Origin: Sedimentisphaerales bacterium
Lineage (GTDB): Bacteria > Planctomycetota > Phycisphaerae > Sedimentisphaerales > Anaerobacaceae
DNA: 64,000 nucleotides
NCBI GenBank assembly: GCA_963708075.1
Contig: OY970194.1
Coordinates: 5,152,001-5,216,000, forward strand
Direction of reading: 5' to 3'
Shown: one piece after another, positions 35,306 to 47,023 of the stretch
How positions within the stretch are numbered: the stretch's first letter is position 1
How the letters are laid out: every line of letters starts with the position of its first letter
Made by a program: the position numbers and the translations under genes
The notes under the pieces: model-generated
Told to the model about the DNA's origin: nothing
What the model saw: the letters and a program-made list of their open reading frames with translations, nothing else
Database searches by the model: none

Positions 35306-37909
35306 CTACTCCCTGCTAACCGCATCACGAATCTGCGCCTCGTAGTCGGATTTGCCTACGAGACGAAACAGGCAACGACCTTTACTCCGAGCCTCATATA
35401 TTTGGCCGATGATCGTCTTTTCCTCCGTGTCCGGGGTCTCCAGCCGATCTGCACCTTTGTACTCGACTACCAGAACACGCCCGTCTTTCAGGAGAACAAC
35501 GAAGTCGGGGTAAAATCGGTCTGTGGATGTGGGTAGCCAGAAGGAGTAATCACTACGCACCAGGTTGCGAACCCAGCAATCCACCTCTGGCAGGCCGTCT
35601 ATGAAGGCAGCGCATTTCGCTTCCTCTAAGTCCATATGGGCGGGACGCAGATAATAGTGCTTCCTGAATTCCATCCGACCGTCATAGTAGCGCGTTGCGG
35701 GATAATTTGCCGAATCATACGTGAAGCAGAACGTTGGGTCGGCCTCAAGGGGACTCTCAAAATCGGCTGATAGCATCCGCTGATAAGCCTGCGTCACAAG
35801 ATGCCGACGATGGTGCGAAATCTTAGCCTCGGCGGCATCGCGCAATCGCCACCGCTGGCTGTTTAGTTCACCGAAGGAAAACGCCCGGCGCTCGATCAAA
35901 AAGCGGACCATTTTGCTCAGGAACAGTCCGGTTTCGTACTGCGTTATGTCTGCGTGTGGAATATTCTGGTCTAACCAGTTCCTCAGGTCGCTCTCATTCT
36001 GGGGCCCATGAATCTCAAGCAAGGCAAGTTGCTTCTGAAGGTCCGACATGAACGAGTAACTGATTCTGCCTTCGCTGTCTACGTCGATGTTAGCAACCTT
36101 CTCCGTGTCTTGGGGCAGAGAGAAGTCTTGCTCGGATAGTGAGGCGTCGCACTCGCTCAGCTTCCATGGCACCTCGCGAAACTGATCCTCAAACAATTCG
36201 AGTTGCCCATCGACGCGCATAGCAAGTTGCGGGACACTCAATCGGTCCCCCATGGTCGATGGCGAAGCATCCTGACCCCATGATTTCTTCGACAGTCGCT
36301 CAATCGCCCTTTTGTCCTCCTTGCTCGTGACTGTTGCCTTGAGGGCCTCTGCATCTTCGGGGGCTATTGGTGGCCCCGTGTAGACGATCTCGACGCCACC
36401 CTCCTTTTTATTGAGAGTCAAACGCTCACGAAGGCGACCGGGGACGCTCGATAAGTTCACCGTCGTGGAAATCGTCTCCGAGACTGTCTCATTGAACAGT
36501 GGAAGATATTCATCGCCCTTCCGCTCACCCGCTTGAACCATTGTCTTGGCTTCAAACCGCTCGAACCCGCTCTCAACGAGGGCCTCTGTCAGCGCGTTGG
36601 CCGATTCAACGAAGTCAGAAGAAGTGGCATACGCATAGGCATGATTCAACTCCTCGTGCTGCCGGCGCGTCACATATGGCATTCGCAGGATTCGACCGAG
36701 GATTTGTTCAACGGCGGTGCTGCTGCTGAGATTGGACACTGTGCAGAGGATGTACGCAAACGGACAGTCCCAGCCCTCACGCAGCTTGTCCACAGTGATG
36801 ATATAGCGTATCTTCTGATCCTCCTTGAGCACATCCACGCCCTCAAGATCATTCTCAGTACCGGTTGATACGGCAATTTCCTCCGGGGGGACGTGGAACT
36901 CCTCGATGAGTGCCTTCTTGAGAACATCGTATGTGACGTTATTCGCACCGGCCACATTGCGCTGCGCCTGAAACAACACGATAGGCCGGATATACTGACC
37001 GGAACTCCTCTGTTCCTCGTTGGCAAACTCCTGCAGTTGGCTTTGCTTGTTCAGAGCTTCCTGCACAGCCTCGACCCACTGTGCTTTCGACTTGAGCAGG
37101 ATAGGCAGCTTGATCATGTGCTCCGCCTTCAGCTCGGCGGCTGAAACGTGGGTGAGCACGTTGCTTGGCTCGTTGCCGCTTTCAAGCGTCTGGCTCGGCG
37201 TCGCGGAAAACTCCAAAATACAGGACGGATTGAATCTCGCCAGAGATTCGAAGGACAGCGTTGTGCGTGCGTTATGAGCCTCATCCACGATGACAACCGG
37301 ACGCCGCAGCCTCAACAGGTTCGCCAAGCTGCGCACGATGCTATTGTCCCCATTGCGGATCAACTGCTCCTGCTCTTGCGTCAGCCCTTCAAAGTTGGAC
37401 ATCAACGCGCCATTATCTTCGTATATCTTGCGTCCCTCCGTGTTCTCCACGCGCATTGCAGCCATGGTCGAGATGATCACAACCGTATCTGAGTTGAGGG
37501 TTCCACGTTGGAGACTCAGGGCCGACTTGAGGTCCATGATGCTGACGCAACCGCCGAATGATTCATCTAGTGCCTTGCGGTATGCGTGGGCCTTATCCTG
37601 CAAGGCTTTGAAGGTCTGTTCGACAATTTGCGTGGTTGGCGCGAGCCAAAGCACTAAGGCCCTCTCGACCCGGAGCAAACTCGTTGCAGCGATGCTAATT
37701 GCATGCGCCGCGAGGACGGTCTTACCGCCGCCTGTCGGCACGCGAATGCATACGTAGGGAAGGCCTCTCAACGTCTCTACGTGATGATACGGCCTGCGAG
37801 TCTGCTCATAGAAAGCTGTGTCGCCATCCTGCAATTCCCACGTCCGGCGCAGATACTTCGCCAGTTCATCCAGACACCGCTGCTGATAGGTCTTCAGAAC
37901 GAATGCCAT
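35306..37909 (-). CDS. Type III restriction enzyme Res subunit
   Basis: PTGGGKT, VDEAH, LREGWDCP, EQILGRILR, C-terminal YPDF...VEYKG PD-(D/E)XK nuclease; TAATG overlap with mod. Confidence 0.92.
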   Translation of the reverse strand: MAFVLKTYQQRCLDELAKYLRRTWELQDGDTAFYEQTRRPYHHVETLRGLPYVCIRVPTGGGKTVLAAHAISIAATSLLRVERALVLWLAPTTQIVEQTFKALQDKAHAYRKALDESFGGCVSIMDLKSALSLQRGTLNSDTVVIISTMAAMRVENTEGRKIYEDNGALMSNFEGLTQEQEQLIRNGDNSIVRSLANLLRLRRPVVIVDEAHNARTTLSFESLARFNPSCILEFSATPSQTLESGNEPSNVLTHVSAAELKAEHMIKLPILLKSKAQWVEAVQEALNKQSQLQEFANEEQRSSGQYIRPIVLFQAQRNVAGANNVTYDVLKKALIEEFHVPPEEIAVSTGTENDLEGVDVLKEDQKIRYIITVDKLREGWDCPFAYILCTVSNLSSSTAVEQILGRILRMPYVTRRQHEELNHAYAYATSSDFVESANALTEALVESGFERFEAKTMVQAGERKGDEYLPLFNETVSETISTTVNLSSVPGRLRERLTLNKKEGGVEIVYTGPPIAPEDAEALKATVTSKEDKRAIERLSKKSWGQDASPSTMGDRLSVPQLAMRVDGQLELFEDQFREVPWKLSECDASLSEQDFSLPQDTEKVANIDVDSEGRISYSFMSDLQKQLALLEIHGPQNESDLRNWLDQNIPHADITQYETGLFLSKMVRFLIERRAFSFGELNSQRWRLRDAAEAKISHHRRHLVTQAYQRMLSADFESPLEADPTFCFTYDSANYPATRYYDGRMEFRKHYYLRPAHMDLEEAKCAAFIDGLPEVDCWVRNLVRSDYSFWLPTSTDRFYPDFVVLLKDGRVLVVEYKGADRLETPDTEEKTIIGQIYEARSKGRCLFRLVGKSDYEAQIRDAVSRE

Positions 37910-39501
37910 TAGCACACCTTGATCTCATAAGGCAATTGCTTGAAGGTAATCCGCTCACGCTTCAGTCTTGCGTCCGAGAGCCGGCATCCTTCGCCGAAAA
38001 CGACTTTCGGCCCATCGTGTGCGGGCAGACTCCCCAACACCTTACTTGTCAACACATTGCCGCCATCCGGCGTCTTGTCACCGAGCACTCCGTTGAACAG
38101 GAGGTAGTAGGCCGTGCCGTTGGCGACACCCAGGAACGCGCTTCTTACACTCGCCTGCTTGGGAATGGGTGATCCCGTTTCAGTGAAGAAGACATGTGCC
38201 GCCAAATCCGTGAACTTGACCTCCGGACCAATCTGACCATGCTCATCGAAGAGGGGCTTGTCCAGCCTGCAATAGCGAAATCCGCCACCCAAGCCGGACA
38301 CGGATTTTCCCTTGGAGTTAGTGTAACCTTGTGCCACACGCTTGATTCGCTCGGCAGTAATTCCGCGCGCAATCTCCGGCTCCATCTCCACAAGGATGAA
38401 TCGACGGGTGCCGCCATTGGTATTCACCCTCAGAACCGCATGTCCCGTCGTTCCCGAGCCAACAAAGGAATCCAAAACTAAGTCCCCAGGCTTGGTGGCT
38501 TGCTCGATCAGCGTCGCGATTAGCTCAGAAGGTTTCGGAAAGGCAAATGCCTTTGGTCCCATGATCTCGCTAAGCTCCTTGGTTGCCTCAACGTTCCCCG
38601 GTGCATCGAGAACGGTTGACAGTCCGGTTGTGGTGGCTTGCATATCTGAGATGTAACGCTTTAGTCTGGGCCGACCACCTATCTTCTTGGGCCAGAGAAT
38701 CCGATTCTCGGCGATCAATGCTTGCATTCGCTCGCGACCGTAGATCCACCCACGGGAGGCGTGAGGCGGATAATGTTGCCCGGTTTCTGGGTGGATTATA
38801 TCGTAATGGAGATTTGGACGTTCGGCCGCATTTGCCAGACCTGTCAGATTGTCACTCATCCATGGGCCGCGTGGATCATTGTCTGGGTTCGAGTATTTCG
38901 TCAAATCCTTTGCTTGTCCTCTAACACGGAAGCCCGCGCTACGCTGATAGGCGAGTATGTACTCGTGATCCCCAGATACACCATTGAGATTCCGGCTATC
39001 GGGCGTGGTCCGACGTTTCCAGATGAAAGTGGCTATATGATTGGTTTCTCCAAAAATCTCATTCATCAGGAGCTTCAGACGCTCGAATTCGTTGTCATCG
39101 ATGCTCACAAAGATTGCCCCATCTGGTCGGAGGAAATCTCGCAAGAGCGACACTCTCGGATACATCATGCAGAGCCACTTATCGTGGCGTGACAGATCCT
39201 CGGCCTCTCCTCCGACGGTCTTTCCAAGCCACTTTCGTATTTCGGGGCTGTTGACATTGTCATTGTATGCCCATTTCTCGTTCCCGGTGTTGTAGGGCGG
39301 GTCGATGTAGATGCATTTGACCTGTCCAGCGTAGTAAGGGAGGAGGGCTTTCAAGGCCAAGAGGTTATCCCCCTCGACCAGCAGATTTCCGGCGTCGGGG
39401 TCGCCGCACGAAAGATCCTTATCGCAGCGCAACAAGTGGTAAGGCACTTGGCGGTGGTGTCCGACGACCGCTTCCTTCCCAATCCAATTCAGTGAGGGCA
39501 C
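37909..39501 (-). CDS. Type III RM Mod subunit (adenine DNA methyltransferase)
   Basis: EGDNL, IYIDPPYNTG, FPKP, LDSFVGSGTTG (beta-class motif order). Confidence 0.94.
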   Translation of the reverse strand: MPSLNWIGKEAVVGHHRQVPYHLLRCDKDLSCGDPDAGNLLVEGDNLLALKALLPYYAGQVKCIYIDPPYNTGNEKWAYNDNVNSPEIRKWLGKTVGGEAEDLSRHDKWLCMMYPRVSLLRDFLRPDGAIFVSIDDNEFERLKLLMNEIFGETNHIATFIWKRRTTPDSRNLNGVSGDHEYILAYQRSAGFRVRGQAKDLTKYSNPDNDPRGPWMSDNLTGLANAAERPNLHYDIIHPETGQHYPPHASRGWIYGRERMQALIAENRILWPKKIGGRPRLKRYISDMQATTTGLSTVLDAPGNVEATKELSEIMGPKAFAFPKPSELIATLIEQATKPGDLVLDSFVGSGTTGHAVLRVNTNGGTRRFILVEMEPEIARGITAERIKRVAQGYTNSKGKSVSGLGGGFRYCRLDKPLFDEHGQIGPEVKFTDLAAHVFFTETGSPIPKQASVRSAFLGVANGTAYYLLFNGVLGDKTPDGGNVLTSKVLGSLPAHDGPKVVFGEGCRLSDARLKRERITFKQLPYEIKVC

Positions 39502-39912
39502 GAAACGCTTCTCCTTCTACTTCCCAACACGTATCCACAAGGCCTTTCCCATGATATCCCGCTGGCCGGCCAGTTCAAGGTATTCTCCGTGGAAGGAAGA
39601 AGGGTCTTCGAGAAAGGGGAAGATGTCGCGTACTTTTTCCAGACGAGTCGGCATAAGTGTCACTCTGGCAAAGGGTTAGGGGAGGAGTGTGAAGCATCAA
39701 GTGTGAAGTTTGATGTTTGAAGTTTGAAGTGTGAAGCCGGAGGCTGGGTTTTCTCTGCGGCTTGGCGTCTCTGCGTGAGGTAATGTTGGTTCCGGCTGAC
39801 AGCCGGGCTGGGTTGATCGGCGGTGGCATTTCCTCCGTGGTCTCTGTGGTGAAGAAATCTGGCTTCCCAATCAAGTCGGGAATGACAGGCGCGGGCCGTG
39901 GCTCTCAGGTTC

Positions 39913-39941
39913 TTGCCTTCCGGAGTCGGCGCTGGTATGAT
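39913..39941 (+). promoter_or_regulatory. sigma70 promoter giving a probably leaderless transcript
   Basis: TTGCCT, 17-bp spacer, TATGAT preceded by TGG; ATG 7 nt downstream with no SD sequence. Confidence 0.6.
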
Positions 39942-39948
39942 TTACGGT

Positions 39949-40125
39949 ATGAAGTCACTGATCCAGAGCAATCGGTACTTAGCCGATCCGGCGAATCGCA
40001 AGGCGATGGTCCGGGACAATGCCCGACAGTCCTCCGTCTTTGAGGGCGCCCACGGCCTCTCCGCTCAGCCCTTGCGCACGCGCCGTTCCAGGGCCTCTAC
40101 AAAGAAAGCCGTCAAGGGCTCGTAG
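39949..40125 (+). CDS. Small putative Fic antitoxin
   Basis: 58 aa containing SSVFEG, which matches the (S/T)xxxE(G/N) Fic-inhibitory motif; overlaps convergently with a Fic-like remnant. Confidence 0.55.
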   Translation: MKSLIQSNRYLADPANRKAMVRDNARQSSVFEGAHGLSAQPLRTRRSRASTKKAVKGS

Positions 40126-40210
40126 TCCTGGACGTACCCCTTCCTGACAGCTTCCAGATACGCCGCCTGCCTTTTCTTGGCATTTCGCCCGATGAAGCCG
40201 TAATCGGGTG
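40065..40210 (-). pseudogene. C-terminal remnant of a Fic-like protein
   Basis: PDYGFIG...YLEAVRKGYVQDYEPLTAFFVEAL resembles Fic C-termini; no start codon or catalytic motif; abuts a heptamer tract. Confidence 0.5.
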
Positions 40211-40264
40211 CGGATTGGGGGTGGTTGTCAGTTCTCGGTTGGCGGTTGTCAGTCAGTGGAGGCC

Positions 40265-40618
40265 TCAGGTTCGGACTCGGATCCGATCTCGTTCGACAAT
40301 CCACAACTGGCCGGCACAATCGTTTGTCTTGAGCACTTCCAGCAGCCGTTGCACGAGCCGGGCGACCTCCGGAACACTCTGCCTCGCCAGGCGCAGGACG
40401 AGCAGGCCGGGGTAGTCGGCGGGGCGATAGGTTCGGATGTCTGAGAAGTCAGTGTCGAGCGTGATAAGGGTCCGGCCTTCCTGCTTGCAGACGGATGCGA
40501 TTCGGCGATCCGGCCGCCCACTCAGCGATTGATCGAAAACCGTGAGCGCATCATGGCCGGCGGCACGCAAGAGGTCCACGGCTTCTAAGGGGAAGTTCTC
40601 ATCCGCTTTGAACTTCAT
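40265..40618 (-). CDS. DUF5615 family PIN-like toxin
   Basis: MKFKADENFP...GHDA...LITLDTDF motif; downstream of DUF433. Confidence 0.9.
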   Translation of the reverse strand: MKFKADENFPLEAVDLLRAAGHDALTVFDQSLSGRPDRRIASVCKQEGRTLITLDTDFSDIRTYRPADYPGLLVLRLARQSVPEVARLVQRLLEVLKTNDCAGQLWIVERDRIRVRT

Positions 40619-40628
40619 GGTCGGGTCC

Positions 40629-40967
<339 letters not shown>

Positions 40968-41834
40968 TTAGAAGGACCACTTCAGGGTCAGGCTGGCCCA
41001 GAGCTCTTGGTCGTCCTCGTTGATCGAGTTGTTCAGCGTGAGCTGGTAGAAGACTCCGGGTGTGAAGACGATGCCGGAGCCGAAATCGAAGTCGGTGGCG
41101 AGGCCGAAGACGGCGTGGGACCAGTCGTGGTCGGGATCGCGGTACAGGGCCCGCCAGTCGTTGCCCGGCCGGGTCGGGGTCGGCGAGAACCCGTCGTTGT
41201 AGGTGACCTCGGAGTGCAGCTTGACGAGCTGGTCCTTCGATCGGCCGGGGACCAGGGCGGGGATCGAGAAGCCGTAGTCGAGCATCAGGATGTGCAGCCA
41301 GCCGTTGCCGTCCGCGAGGCGGGAGTTGCTCTCCGCCTGCCACATTTTGACCGAGGCGATCGTGGGGCACAGGCCTTTCACGGGCAGAAGGCTGGGCCAG
41401 GAGAGCATCAGGTGGGCTTCCTGGAGGTCGAGCGATTCGCTCTCATCGAGCTCCGGGTAGGCGTAGTAGACCCAGCCGGCCCGGAATTGGGTGACGTACG
41501 GCTGGTCCTTGAAGAGGCTGTTCTGATAGTACGGGGCGAAGTCCCAGCGTTCCTTGTCCTCGAACCCGCCCGACGCGGCGCGATGGCCGGTGACGGAGAC
41601 GCCGAAGCCTGTATCGAACAGGCTCAGGTCGGTCTGCAGGTGCAGGGCAGCCTTGTCCTCGTAGAAGTCGAAGCCGTACCAGAGGTACTTGCTGTCCCAC
41701 GCCAGGCTGATGGATCCGTGGAGATCGCCCGTGACTGCCGGCCGATCCCCTTTCTGCAGATCCCCTTTCCAGTTCTGCGCCGTGACCGGCGCCGCTACGC
41801 CAAGGATGGCTGCCAGGACCACTACCTGTCTCAT
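40968..41834 (-). CDS. Putative outer-membrane beta-barrel protein
   Basis: Signal peptide, SKYLWYG, alternating aromatic strands, terminal LKWSF. Confidence 0.7.
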   Translation of the reverse strand: MRQVVVLAAILGVAAPVTAQNWKGDLQKGDRPAVTGDLHGSISLAWDSKYLWYGFDFYEDKAALHLQTDLSLFDTGFGVSVTGHRAASGGFEDKERWDFAPYYQNSLFKDQPYVTQFRAGWVYYAYPELDESESLDLQEAHLMLSWPSLLPVKGLCPTIASVKMWQAESNSRLADGNGWLHILMLDYGFSIPALVPGRSKDQLVKLHSEVTYNDGFSPTPTRPGNDWRALYRDPDHDWSHAVFGLATDFDFGSGIVFTPGVFYQLTLNNSINEDDQELWASLTLKWSF

Positions 41835-41915
41835 AACCGACCCCTTCCAGCACACAATCAATGCCGCTGCGAACGGTCTGTGCGCAGCGTCGTGTCCTGG
41901 TGGAATATCGGCAGT

Positions 41916-43311
41916 TTACCAGCGGCCGCTTTTCCTCATTTCGGCCTTGGGCAGTTTTTCCAGGTCCTTGGTGTACTTTTTCAGCTCCTCTTCGGGCAAT
42001 TCGTAGTCGGTGAGCCGGCCGGACATGAAGGCGTCGTAGCCGCTCAGGTCCATCAGGCCGTGCCCGCTGTAGTTGAAGAGAATCACTTTCTCTTTGCCTT
42101 CCTTGCGGGCCTTTTCCGCCTCGTCGATTGCGCAAGCGATGGCGTGGCTGGTCTCCGGGGCACAGATGCTGCCTTCGGTCTTGGCCCAGGTCATCGCCGC
42201 CTCGTAGCAGCGGCTCTGGACATAAGCCCGCGGCTTGAATAGACCTTCGACGATACACTGACAAACCAGCGGAGCCATACCGTGATAGCGTAAGCCCCCT
42301 GCGTGGATTGGCGGCGGGACGAATGCGTGGCCCAGCGTGTGCATCGCCAGCAGCGGGGTCATGCAGGCGGTGTCGCCGTGATCGTAGTGCGAACGGGGCG
42401 CGGGTCATCTTCGGGCAGGCCGCCGGCTCGACGGGAATGATCTCGATGTTGGCGCCGTTGATCTTGTCGGCCGTGAACGGGAAGGCGAGTCCGGCGAAGT
42501 TGCTTCCGCCGCCGGCACAACCGATGACGATGTCCGGCAGTTTCTCCCCGGCCGCCTTCAACTGCTTCTTGGCCTCCAGGCCGATGATCGTCTGATGCAG
42601 CAGCACGTGGTTGAGCACGCTGCCCAGGGAGTAGCGGGTCTTGCCGGACGGGTCGGTGACGGCCGCCTCGATGGCCTCGCTGATCGCGATGCCCAGGCTG
42701 CCCGGCGTATCCGGGCATCTCGGCTCGAGGATCTTGCGGCCCGCGTTGGTCTCCGTGCTCGGACTGGCGACGCAATTGCGCGCCCCAGACCTGCATCATC
42801 AGCTTGCGGAAGGGCTTCTGGTCGAAGCTGATCCGCACCATGAACACCTTGCACTCCAGCCCGAACAGCTTGCAGGCGAACGCCAGGGCGCTGCCCCACT
42901 GGCCGGCCCCGGTCTCCGTGGTCAGCCGCTTGATGCCCGAACTGCTTATTGTAGTACGCCTGGGCCACGGCCGTGTTCGGCTTGTGGCTGCCCGGCGGGC
43001 TGACGCTCTCATCCTTGTAATAGATGCGCGCCGGCGTCTTCAGGTACTTCTCCAGCCGCACGGCCCGCCGCAGCGGCGTCGGACGCCACTGGTACAGGAT
43101 GTCCAGCACCTCCTCCGGGATGTCGAATCCACCGCTGCGTGCTGACCTCCTGCTCGATGATGTTCATCGGGAACACCGGCGCCAGCATGTCCGGCGTGAT
43201 CGGCTTGCCGTCCGGACCCAGCGGCGGCAGCGGCGGCGTCGGCAGATCGGCCGCCATATTGTACCACTCTCTCGGCATGTCCCCCTCACGAAGCAGGATC
43301 TTGTGCTCCAT
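41916..43311 (-). CDS. TrpB2 (tryptophan synthase beta-like PLP enzyme); several frameshifts
   Basis: Segments [73 protein letters not shown] spread over about five ORFs. Confidence 0.9.
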
Positions 43312-43642
43312 TGTCTGTTCTCCAACCAAAGTCTTTCTTCAGCGCGAATTTTGTCCACCAGAGCCACACAGGCGAAAGACAATATGTTACTCCATTCACA
43401 ACCCCCTGTCAAACCAAAATCCCCCAATTCCCCAGGCCAATCCCAAGTCCCCGGCAGGGCCGCCCCGAAAGCCAAAATTGCCCAAGCAGCCCTGCCTTTG
43501 AATTGAAGATCGCCATAGCGCAGGTCAAGTTGGCTTCCCGGGTGGTCGATAGCAGCAGGGGATCGAGCCATAGGAGGGTAACTGATGTAAGGCACGGACT
43601 GCCAGAGCAAGAAAGCGAGCTATTACACAGGGATACGAGACC

Positions 43643-46600
43643 GTGCCGCGCATCTTCGACAACATCAAGAATAGTCTCTTGCCAGCACTCCAAGAGACGC
43701 TGGCCTTATCGGACCGCGCGGACTTCTGCGTGGGCTACTTCAACCTGCGGGGATGGAAGGCATTGGATTCGCATATCGAGCGATGGTCGGGTGCCGAAGG
43801 CCATTGTTGTCGGTTGCTCGTTGGCATGCAGACGACCCCGAATGACGAACTTCGCGAACTGTTTGGTCTCATAAAGGGCGATGACGGCATAGATCAGGCA
43901 ACAGCGTTACGCGAGAAGAAGAACCTTGTCGAGAAGTTCAAAGAACAATTGACAGTCGGGGCACCCACGAACGAGGATGAGGTAGGACTCCGGCGTCTCG
44001 CGAGCCAGATCAGAGCAAAGAAGGTCGTTGTCAAGCTATTCCTGCGTCACCCGCTCCACGCGAAACTCTATCTGCTGTTTCGGCCCGACCCAATCAACCC
44101 CACCATCGGCTACTTGGGAAGCAGTAACCTCACATTGGCCGGGCTCTGCCATCAGGGGGAGTTGAACATCGACGTACTCGATCACGACGCCTGCAACAAG
44201 CTGGCAAGATGGTTCGAGGAACGATGGAACGACCGTTGGTGCATCGACATTTCGACAGACCTTGTAGAGGTCATTGAGCGTAGCTGGGCGAGAGACGAAC
44301 TCATTCCGCCCTATCACATCTACGTGAAGATGGCTTATCACCTGTGCCGTGAAGCGAGGGAGGGCATATCAGATTTCCACCTGCCGCAGGAGTTGAAGAA
44401 CAAACTGTTCGCCTTTCAGGAAGCGGCGGTGAAGATCGCAGCGCATCACATCAATAAGCGAGGCGCGGTATTGATTGGGGATGTCGTTGGCCTTGGCAAG
44501 ACGCTCATGGCTACCGCTTTGGCGCGCATATTCGAGGATGACTACGACCTCGAAACGCTCATCATCTGTCCCAAGAACCTCCTGCCCATGTGGAACGACT
44601 ATCGGGAGCGCTATCATCTGCGGGGGAAGGTAGTCTCCTTGAGCCGTGTCATCCGGGAGTTGCCGGAAATGCGGCGATACCGCCTCTTGATCATCGACGA
44701 GAGTCATAATCTTCGCAACCGGGACGGAAGGCGTTACGGTGCCATCCGTGACTACATCAAGAAGAACGACTGTAAATGCATTCTGCTTTCGGCCACCCCA
44801 TACAACAAGACATATCTCGATTTGGCTAACCAGTTGCGTTTATTCCTGCCAGATGATCACGAGCTATCCATACGCCCGGAACGCCTCCTCAACGACATGG
44901 GTGAGACGGACTTCATTCGATGCCACCAGTGCTCCCCGCGGTCCCTGGGTGCATTTGAGAAGAGCGGATACGCGGATGACTGGCGTGAGCTCATGCGCTT
45001 ATTTCTGGTCCGACGGACGCGGAGTTTCATCATGGAGAACTACGCCAAGACCGATCCGTCCAACGGGCGCAAATATCTACCGCTTGAGGATGGACAGCCC
45101 TACTACTTCCCCGCGCGTGTCCCAAGGACAGCCGCATTCACTATCGATGAAAGGTGCAAGAACGATCAGTATGCAGAGCTTTACTCGCAGGACGTTGTGA
45201 ACAGAATCAACGACCTCTATCTGGCACGCTATGGGTTGGGGAACTACGTCTTGCCCTCCCATGAGATACCACCGACCCAGGATGAGGCCAGGGTTCTACA
45301 GAACCTCTCCCGCGCAGGGAAGCGTCTGATGGGTTTCTGTCGCACAAACCTCTTCAAGCGTTTGGAATCCAGTGGGCAGGCGTTCATCCAGTCGATTGAA
45401 CGCCACATCTTGCGTAACTTTGTCTACCTGCATGCCATACAAGCGCGGAAGCCTTTGCCCATTGGAACACAAGACGCTGACTTGCTCGATGCCCGCCTCT
45501 GGGACGAGGACACCGCCGGTGGGTTGCTTGAAGACGATGAGCAACGTGACCAGGGCACGGAGGATACCTCCGCCTTAAGAACGCAAGATGACTTCAGACG
45601 CCGCGCGGCCGAAATATACGAACAGTATGCGACGCGTGGCAAGAGGCGCTTTGACTGGCTTCGGCCCAACCTCTTTGACAAGGTCCTCGCTGACGATCTC
45701 CGGACTGACGCAGAATCGCTCATGAAGGTGCTTGAGAAGTGCGGCGAATGGGATGCCAGCTTGGACGCCAAACTGAACGCGCTATGCGCCTTGCTGCTTG
45801 AGAACCATCCTACGGACAAGGTCATCGTCTTTTCGCAATTTGCCGACACCGTACGTTGCCTCGAGAAGGAGCTCAGCGCGCGCGGGATAACCAACCTTGG
45901 CACAGCCACAGGCGACTCCACCGATCCGACCGACATCGCCTGGAGGTTCAGTCCGGACAGCAATGAGAAGCGTGACCGAATTGCGCCGGAAGATGAGCTT
46001 CGCGTCCTCATTGCGACTGATGTCCTAAGTGAAGGTCAGAACCTTCAAGACTGCGCTATCGTCGTAAACTACGACCTCCCTTGGGCTATCATCCGCCTGG
46101 TTCAGCGCATCGGGCGGGTTGACCGCATCGGCCAGCGTGCCGAGAAGATACTCTGCTATTCTTTCCTGCCGGCAGATGGTGTCGAACGCATCATTCACCT
46201 TCGTGCTCGCGTGCGCCAGCGGTTGCACGAAAACGCGGAAGTCGTTGGCACAGATGAGGCATTCTTTGAGGACGACCGTAACAACCAGACGTTATTCGAC
46301 CTCTACAACGAGAAATCGTCCGTCTTGGATGGGGACGCAGATAGCGAAGTCGATCTCGCATCATATGCCTACCAGATTTGGAGCAATGCCATCACGGCCG
46401 ATCCTAAGCTGGAGAAGATCATTCTCGAAATCCCGTCAGTCGTCTACTCCACAAAGTCGCACCAGCCTACCGCCACCACGCCGGAAGGTGTGCTTGTCTA
46501 CCTGCGCACGCCAGAGGACAACGACGCTCTGGTCTGGGTGGACAAGAATAGGCACGTGGTCACGGAATCTCAGAAGACCATCCTGGACTCCGCGAAATGC

Positions 46601-47020
46601 TCACCGGCTACGGCCGCTCTCCCACGACTCGAAAATCACCATGACCTTGTGCATCACGCCGTGGAGCAGGTTCTGAAAGAGGAGAAATCCGTCGGTGGTC
46701 AGCTTGGGCGACCTTCGGGTGCGCGCTTCCGTGCCTATGATCGCCTTAAGCAGTTCGCGGACGAAGTCAAGACTACGCTCTTTAACCGACAGGAACTGCA
46801 CCGCGCCATCGAAGAAATCTACCGCTACCCGCTTCAAGAGGCTGCCAAGGACGCCATCAACCGGTTGCTTCGGTCACACGCATCAAGCGAGGACCTAGCC
46901 CAAAAGGTTCTGTCTCTGCGTGACGCCGATGCCCTTTGCATCAAGGACGATGAAGTCCAATCGCACGAGCCGCGCATCATCTGTTCGATGGGATTGTCCA
47001 ACTTGCAGAGGGGGAAATAA
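43643..47020 (+). CDS. SNF2-type helicase with N-terminal phospholipase D (HKD) nuclease domain
   Basis: LHAKLY...GSSNLT (PLD), DVVGLGKT, IDESH, SATP, SEGQNLQ, QRIGRVDRIG. Confidence 0.92.
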   Translation: MPRIFDNIKNSLLPALQETLALSDRADFCVGYFNLRGWKALDSHIERWSGAEGHCCRLLVGMQTTPNDELRELFGLIKGDDGIDQATALREKKNLVEKFKEQLTVGAPTNEDEVGLRRLASQIRAKKVVVKLFLRHPLHAKLYLLFRPDPINPTIGYLGSSNLTLAGLCHQGELNIDVLDHDACNKLARWFEERWNDRWCIDISTDLVEVIERSWARDELIPPYHIYVKMAYHLCREAREGISDFHLPQELKNKLFAFQEAAVKIAAHHINKRGAVLIGDVVGLGKTLMATALARIFEDDYDLETLIICPKNLLPMWNDYRERYHLRGKVVSLSRVIRELPEMRRYRLLIIDESHNLRNRDGRRYGAIRDYIKKNDCKCILLSATPYNKTYLDLANQLRLFLPDDHELSIRPERLLNDMGETDFIRCHQCSPRSLGAFEKSGYADDWRELMRLFLVRRTRSFIMENYAKTDPSNGRKYLPLEDGQPYYFPARVPRTAAFTIDERCKNDQYAELYSQDVVNRINDLYLARYGLGNYVLPSHEIPPTQDEARVLQNLSRAGKRLMGFCRTNLFKRLESSGQAFIQSIERHILRNFVYLHAIQARKPLPIGTQDADLLDARLWDEDTAGGLLEDDEQRDQGTEDTSALRTQDDFRRRAAEIYEQYATRGKRRFDWLRPNLFDKVLADDLRTDAESLMKVLEKCGEWDASLDAKLNALCALLLENHPTDKVIVFSQFADTVRCLEKELSARGITNLGTATGDSTDPTDIAWRFSPDSNEKRDRIAPEDELRVLIATDVLSEGQNLQDCAIVVNYDLPWAIIRLVQRIGRVDRIGQRAEKILCYSFLPADGVERIIHLRARVRQRLHENAEVVGTDEAFFEDDRNNQTLFDLYNEKSSVLDGDADSEVDLASYAYQIWSNAITADPKLEKIILEIPSVVYSTKSHQPTATTPEGVLVYLRTPEDNDALVWVDKNRHVVTESQKTILDSAKCSPATAALPRLENHHDLVHHAVEQVLKEEKSVGGQLGRPSGARFRAYDRLKQFADEVKTTLFNRQELHRAIEEIYRYPLQEAAKDAINRLLRSHASSEDLAQKVLSLRDADALCIKDDEVQSHEPRIICSMGLSNLQRGK

Positions 47021-47023
47021 CCG

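Noticed and set aside
41916..43311. Programmed frameshifting or pseudogenisation of TrpB2 and other split genes
   Set aside because: No consistent slippery motifs; the indels are scattered across unrelated genes, so sequencing error is more parsimonious.
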